Assembly (NCBI RefSeq): GCF_000009045.1
Contig: NC_000964.3
Location: forward strand, 2,100,001 to 2,132,000
Length of the DNA stretch: 32,000 nucleotides
Reading direction: 5' to 3'
DNA from: Bacillus subtilis subsp. subtilis str. 168
GTDB taxonomy: Bacteria > Bacillota > Bacilli > Bacillales > Bacillaceae
Shown here: positions 27,813-32,000 of the stretch, piece after piece
Layout: each line of letters starts with the position of its first letter
How positions within the stretch are numbered: position 1 is the stretch's first letter
Notes under the pieces: model-generated
What the model saw: the letters and a program-made list of their open reading frames with translations, nothing else
Told to the model about the DNA's origin: nothing
Database searches by the model: none
Made by a program: the position numbers and the translations under genes

Positions 27813-28421
27813 ATGACGAATACTCTGGATGTTTTAAAAGCACGTGCATCTGTAAAGGAATATGATACAAATGCCCCGATCTCTAAGGAGGAGCTGACTG
27901 AGCTATTAGACCTTGCCACTAAAGCGCCTTCTGCTTGGAACCTTCAGCATTGGCATTTTACAGTATTCCACAGCGATGAATCAAAAGCGGAGCTTCTTCC
28001 TGTAGCGTATAATCAAAAACAAATCGTTGAGTCTTCTGCTGTTGTTGCCATTTTAGGCGATTTAAAGGCAAATGAAAACGGTGAAGAAGTTTATGCTGAA
28101 TTAGCAAGCCAAGGCTATATTACGGATGAAATCAAACAAACATTGCTCGGCCAAATCAACGGTGCTTACCAAAGCGAGCAATTCGCACGTGATTCCGCTT
28201 TCTTAAATGCTTCTTTAGCTGCTATGCAGCTTATGATTGCCGCAAAAGCAAAAGGTTATGACACTTGCGCAATCGGCGGATTTAACAAAGAGCAGTTCCA
28301 AAAGCAATTTGATATCAGTGAGCGCTATGTTCCGGTTATGCTTATTTCAATCGGCAAAGCAGTGAAGCCTGCGCATCAAAGCAACCGTCTGCCGCTTTCA
28401 AAAGTATCAACTTGGCTGTAA
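27813..28421 (+). CDS. yodC: Nitroreductase family NAD(P)H oxidoreductase, 202 aa
   Basis: Nitroreductase motifs SVKEYD, KAPSAWNLQHWHFTV, GYDTCAIGGF; SD AAGGAGG. Confidence 0.93.
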   Translation: MTNTLDVLKARASVKEYDTNAPISKEELTELLDLATKAPSAWNLQHWHFTVFHSDESKAELLPVAYNQKQIVESSAVVAILGDLKANENGEEVYAELASQGYITDEIKQTLLGQINGAYQSEQFARDSAFLNASLAAMQLMIAAKAKGYDTCAIGGFNKEQFQKQFDISERYVPVMLISIGKAVKPAHQSNRLPLSKVSTWL

Positions 28422-28429
28422 GGATATGA

Positions 28430-28462
28430 AAAACCTTAGTCCGAAATCCGGACTAAGGTTTT
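28430..28462. terminator. Bidirectional terminator between yodC and mhqD
   Basis: AAAACCTTAGTCCG-AAATC-CGGACTAAGGTTTT, a 14-bp stem. Confidence 0.9.
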
Positions 28463-28463
28463 T

Positions 28464-29066
28464 TTATACAATCGCCTCTTTGTACCATTCACGAGCCTGT
28501 TCAGCTTCATGCTGAGTCAGCTGATGGCCCCCGTCCTGCCAGTAAACGGAGGCTGATGCCCCGCTGTCACGCAAATAGCGGTAAAGCTCTTCTGATTCTT
28601 CCTTCGTGCAAAGAGGATCGTATTTCCCGGCACCGATAAAAACAGGGAGCCCCGCCATATCAGGCAGCTCGATACCCCGAATCGGAACCATTGGATGATG
28701 CAGAATAGCCCCTTTTAACACATCTTTATAATGAAAAAGCAGGCTTGCCGCAATGTTTGCGCCGTTTGAATAACCGACTGCAATCACTCGGCCGCGATTA
28801 AACTGATGCGTTTCTGCAGCCTCGTCGATAAAATCTTTCAATTCTCTTGTCCGCACCACAAGATCCTTTTCATCAAAAACTCCTTCACTCAGACGTTTGA
28901 AAAATCGCGGCATTCCATTTTCAAGCACCGATCCTCTGACACCAAGCAAATGGGCATCAGGGTCTATAAACCGCCCCAATGAAAGCAGATCGTGTTCATT
29001 ACCACCCGTGCCATGCAACAGCAAAAGTACGTTGTCAGATGTTCCTTTCTCATAAATATGCTTCAT
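28464..29066 (-). CDS. mhqD: Alpha/beta hydrolase (carboxylesterase/phospholipase family), 200 aa
   Basis: LLHGTGGNEHDLLSLG, nucleophile elbow AVGYSNGANIA, GGHQLT. Confidence 0.93.
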   Translation of the reverse strand: MKHIYEKGTSDNVLLLLHGTGGNEHDLLSLGRFIDPDAHLLGVRGSVLENGMPRFFKRLSEGVFDEKDLVVRTRELKDFIDEAAETHQFNRGRVIAVGYSNGANIAASLLFHYKDVLKGAILHHPMVPIRGIELPDMAGLPVFIGAGKYDPLCTKEESEELYRYLRDSGASASVYWQDGGHQLTQHEAEQAREWYKEAIV

Positions 29067-29081
29067 TATAAATTCCCCCTT

Positions 29082-29993
29082 TTAAAGTTCAGGTAAAATG
29101 TCTGTAATTTGTTGTCTATGTTTCTCCAGCCATTCAGGCAGTTTTAAGGAAGTCCCTAGCTCAGCAAACGTTTCATCTGTCATAAAGCCCGGTTCATCTG
29201 TGGCAATTTCAAATAAGATACCGCCTTTCTCCCTAAAATAAACTGATGTAAAGTATTCCCTGTCGAGAATTTCTGACGAAGGCAGATGGTTTTCAGCAAT
29301 AATCGGCAGCCATTTCGCCTGTTCCTTTTTCTTAGTCCGAAACGCTACATGGTGTACCGTACCATATCCTCCGACTCCTCTTTTTTCAGGATGTAAATGG
29401 ACATCAATGACACCGCCGACCGCCGCTGAAGATGCCAGTCTGACAATCTGGTCTTCTTCGGCCACTTTGGTGTATCCAAAGCTTTCCGTTAACAATTGTA
29501 TGGTCGCCTGCGGGTCGTAGGAATATAGCAGCACACCTTTCATTCCCGTAATTGCTTCATTTGTTGTGATCCCGTCAGGCGTCCACTCGCTTTTGCCGCT
29601 TTTCGCATCCTCCATGATCGCCAGCGGAAGGTCTTCTGTATCATCAAAAATAAGACCTTTTTCACCAAACAACGTTTTTTCCTCTAGGCTCAGCCCGCTT
29701 TTCTCAAGACGTTCCTTCCAAAAAGACAGGGAGCCTGAGGGAACTGAAAAGTACACCCGGCCCGCTTGGCCTTTTCCTACCGTTCCCTGTCCGCTTCCTT
29801 GGAACGGAAAAAAGGTCATTATTGTACCGGGATCTCCGTTTTGATTCCCAAAGTAAAAATGATACGTTCCGGGATCATCAAAGTTTACTGTTTTTTTAAC
29901 GAGCCTGAGCCCAAGCACTTCTGTATAAAATCGCAAGTTTTCTTGCGGATCTCTGGCGAATGCTGTGACATGGTGCAATCCTTCTGTTTTCAT
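29082..29993 (-). CDS. mhqE: Ring-cleaving (hydroquinone-type) dioxygenase, glyoxalase/VOC fold, 303 aa
   Basis: Two VOC modules: GLHHVTAFARDPQENLRFYTEVLGLRLVKKTVNFDDP and GTVHHVAFRTKKKEQ. Confidence 0.93.
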   Translation of the reverse strand: MKTEGLHHVTAFARDPQENLRFYTEVLGLRLVKKTVNFDDPGTYHFYFGNQNGDPGTIMTFFPFQGSGQGTVGKGQAGRVYFSVPSGSLSFWKERLEKSGLSLEEKTLFGEKGLIFDDTEDLPLAIMEDAKSGKSEWTPDGITTNEAITGMKGVLLYSYDPQATIQLLTESFGYTKVAEEDQIVRLASSAAVGGVIDVHLHPEKRGVGGYGTVHHVAFRTKKKEQAKWLPIIAENHLPSSEILDREYFTSVYFREKGGILFEIATDEPGFMTDETFAELGTSLKLPEWLEKHRQQITDILPEL

Positions 29994-30008
29994 TTTCTCA
30001 CTCCTATT

Positions 30009-30026
30009 TATCTCGATTTCAAGATA
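30009..30026. promoter_or_regulatory. Candidate MhqR operator upstream of mhqED
   Basis: TATCTCGATTTCAAGATA, an 18-bp near-palindrome resembling the MhqR box. Confidence 0.75.
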
Positions 30027-30176
30027 TTTATTATTTTAAACCTTTATTGAAAAGGATGCAAACCATGTGTTTTGATTAAATAATTGAAAAAATCATTTTT
30101 TTCTAATAATTATCTTGTGATCTTTTCTTACAACTGCTATTATAGTGAGCATTATCATGTTTCAGGAGGAAAGTAA

Positions 30177-30377
30177 ATGGTTAAAAAAGCACTTATTGTT
30201 ATTCTCATTCTTTTGCCATTCGTTCAGCTCGCGCTTTTGCCGCTTGTGAATCGAATAGAACCGATTATGTTCGGCCTGCCGTTTTTCCACTTTTGGCTGC
30301 TGCTGTGGATTATTGTTACGCCGTTATGCTCGTTTGGCATTTATCAGATGCAAAAAAAAGATGGAGGACTTGAATAA
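30177..30377 (+). CDS. DUF3311-type small two-helix membrane protein, 66 aa
   Basis: MVKKALIVILILLPFVQLALLPLVNRIEPIMFGLPFFHFWLLLW; SD AGGAGG; stop/start overlap TAATG with the next gene. Confidence 0.85.
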   Translation: MVKKALIVILILLPFVQLALLPLVNRIEPIMFGLPFFHFWLLLWIIVTPLCSFGIYQMQKKDGGLE

Positions 30378-31867
30378 TGCAAGGGAATCTGACTGCACTT
30401 CTCATTACTGCTATTATTGTTTTAACCGTTGTCTGTATCGGCTTTCTCGCCGGAAGAGACAAATCCTCACGTACTTCTGTGGAAGAATGGTCTGTCGGCG
30501 GCAGACGCTTCGGCGGTCTTCTCGTCTGGTTTTTAGTAGGCGCTGACCTTTATACGGCCTATACTTTCTTAGGGTTGACCAGTACTGCTTTTACAGGCGG
30601 AAGTGTTGCATTTTTCGCCATTCCTTATTCTGTGTTGGCCTACTTTATCGCCTACTTCTTCTTGCCAAAACTTTGGAAAGTTGCGAAAATTCATAAATTA
30701 ACAACACTCGCGGATTATGCCCGGGAACGTTTTAACAGTAAGCTTTTGGCAAGCCTCGTTGCCATCGTTGGGGTACTCATGCTTATTCCGTACATATGCC
30801 TTCAGCTGAGCGGCATTCAAGACACGCTTCAGGTTGCCGGCACTGGCTATATTAACGTAAAATTCGTTGTGATCATTTCATTTATTCTTGTTGCTCTTTA
30901 CACATTCTTCAGCGGGATTAAAGGGCCCACATATACAGCCATCATTAAGGACATTTTAGTATGGGTCATTATGCTGTTTATGGTGGTGTCCCTCCCTCTC
31001 ATTCATTTTAACGGCTGGACGCCAATGATTGACACGTTAGTGAAGGAAGCGCCGCAAATGCTGACGATACCGTCAGAAGGGCCAAAAGGCATTCCTTGGT
31101 TTATCACAGCATCTATTGTTTCCGCTCTGGCACTTTTTATGTGGGCACATGCCGCTACAGGTGTTTTCACGGCGAAAAGCGCTGATGCAGTAAGAAAAAA
31201 CAGCATGTTTTTGCCGCTTTATAATATCGTGTTAATTTTGGTTATTTTTCTTGGCTTTATCGCCTTTCTTGTTCTGCCGGAAGATACAAATCCAAGGCTG
31301 GCGCTGCTGCATTTGATTCAAACATCTTACGGCGGCGTGGCACAAGGCTTTGCATATGCCACTATCGCTCTTGCTTCATTAATACCTTGTTCCATTATGG
31401 CAATCGGCGCATCGAATTTATTCGCCAACAACCTATACCGGGATTTGATTCATCCGAATGTGTCGCAAAGCAAGCTGACTCTTGTCACACGTTCAATGGT
31501 GTTTGTTGTCATCGGTCTTGCGCTGCTGTTTGGAATGCTGTTCCCGACTGCCTTAGTGACACTTCAGCTATTAGGTGTATCCGGTATGGTGCAAATCTTC
31601 CCTGCGATTGCTGTCAGCCTGTTCTGGAAAAACCAAACGAAAGAAGCAACGGTTATCGGATTATTAGCCGGCCTAGCGGTAACGTTTATTGTGTATATCA
31701 CTCAATCCGCACATGGCATTTATGAAGGATTCTGGGGATTGGCCGCCAACATGATCGCTGTGGTCATCCTGAATCCGCTGTTCGTTAAAAACGCGGGATC
31801 CAATCCTGTCATTGAAGGTTTATTTGGCAAAAAACAAGACGCTAATCCAAATCAAAAGGGCGCATAA
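30377..31867 (+). CDS. yodF: Sodium/solute symporter (SSS family), 496 aa
   Basis: SSS features EEWSVGGRRFGGLLVWFLVGADLYTAYTFLGL, LIPCSIMAIGASNLFANNLYRD. Confidence 0.92.
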   Translation: MQGNLTALLITAIIVLTVVCIGFLAGRDKSSRTSVEEWSVGGRRFGGLLVWFLVGADLYTAYTFLGLTSTAFTGGSVAFFAIPYSVLAYFIAYFFLPKLWKVAKIHKLTTLADYARERFNSKLLASLVAIVGVLMLIPYICLQLSGIQDTLQVAGTGYINVKFVVIISFILVALYTFFSGIKGPTYTAIIKDILVWVIMLFMVVSLPLIHFNGWTPMIDTLVKEAPQMLTIPSEGPKGIPWFITASIVSALALFMWAHAATGVFTAKSADAVRKNSMFLPLYNIVLILVIFLGFIAFLVLPEDTNPRLALLHLIQTSYGGVAQGFAYATIALASLIPCSIMAIGASNLFANNLYRDLIHPNVSQSKLTLVTRSMVFVVIGLALLFGMLFPTALVTLQLLGVSGMVQIFPAIAVSLFWKNQTKEATVIGLLAGLAVTFIVYITQSAHGIYEGFWGLAANMIAVVILNPLFVKNAGSNPVIEGLFGKKQDANPNQKGA

Positions 31868-31901
31868 AAAAACCATACGCGGCAGCCGCGTATGGTTTTT
31901 T
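31867..31901. terminator. Bidirectional terminator at the end of yodF
   Basis: AAAAAACCATACGCGG-CAG-CCGCGTATGGTTTTTT, a 16-bp perfect stem. Confidence 0.92.
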
Positions 31902-32000
31902 TTACATTTCTTTTTTCAGTGTTTCAATTGCCTTTTCCATTTGCGTATCATTATCAGACAGCTTCTTTTGAAGTTCTATCATTAATTTCGTTGTTGTATC
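31902..32000 (-). CDS. ctpA: 3' end of a minus-strand CDS running off the window; by synteny probably carboxy-terminal processing protease
   Basis: Open frame ...DTTTKLMIELQKKLSDNDTQMEKAIETLKKEM* to the window edge, adjacent to a terminator; identity inferred from gene order. Confidence 0.5.
   Translation of the reverse strand, partial: DTTTKLMIELQKKLSDNDTQMEKAIETLKKEM

Noticed and set aside
31387-31725. 112-aa plus ORF inside yodF
   Set aside because: Alternate frame within a strongly coding membrane transporter gene.

Overview
The window reads as an ordinary, densely packed stretch of Bacillus subtilis-type chromosome. The order matches dhaS-sqhC-sodF-yocR-yocS-odhB-odhA-yojO-yojN-sodC-cwlS-yojK-cdaS-yojI-rsbRC-bshB2-yojF-yojE-gerT-yojB-yojA-yodA-yodB-yodC-mhqD-mhqE-yodF-(ctpA). 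I see no prophage, transposon, CRISPR array, rRNA or tRNA, and no convincing novel defence or mobile system. The most interesting items are: (1) an unlisted 36-codon membrane-peptide ORF between cdaS and yojI with a near-ideal sigmaG-type promoter and Shine-Dalgarno, whose promoter overlaps a plausible divergent sigmaG promoter for cdaS; (2) a MoxR-type AAA+ ATPase / VWA protein pair (yojN-yojO) of unclear function next to odhAB; (3) a Cu/Zn-SOD paralogue with two copper-ligand histidines replaced; (4) good operator candidates (MhqR-like box, YodB-like box, cre) and sigmaA/sigmaK promoters; (5) repeated use of bidirectional hairpins that overlap stop codons. Gene symbols come from recognition of protein sequence and gene order, not from a database search.
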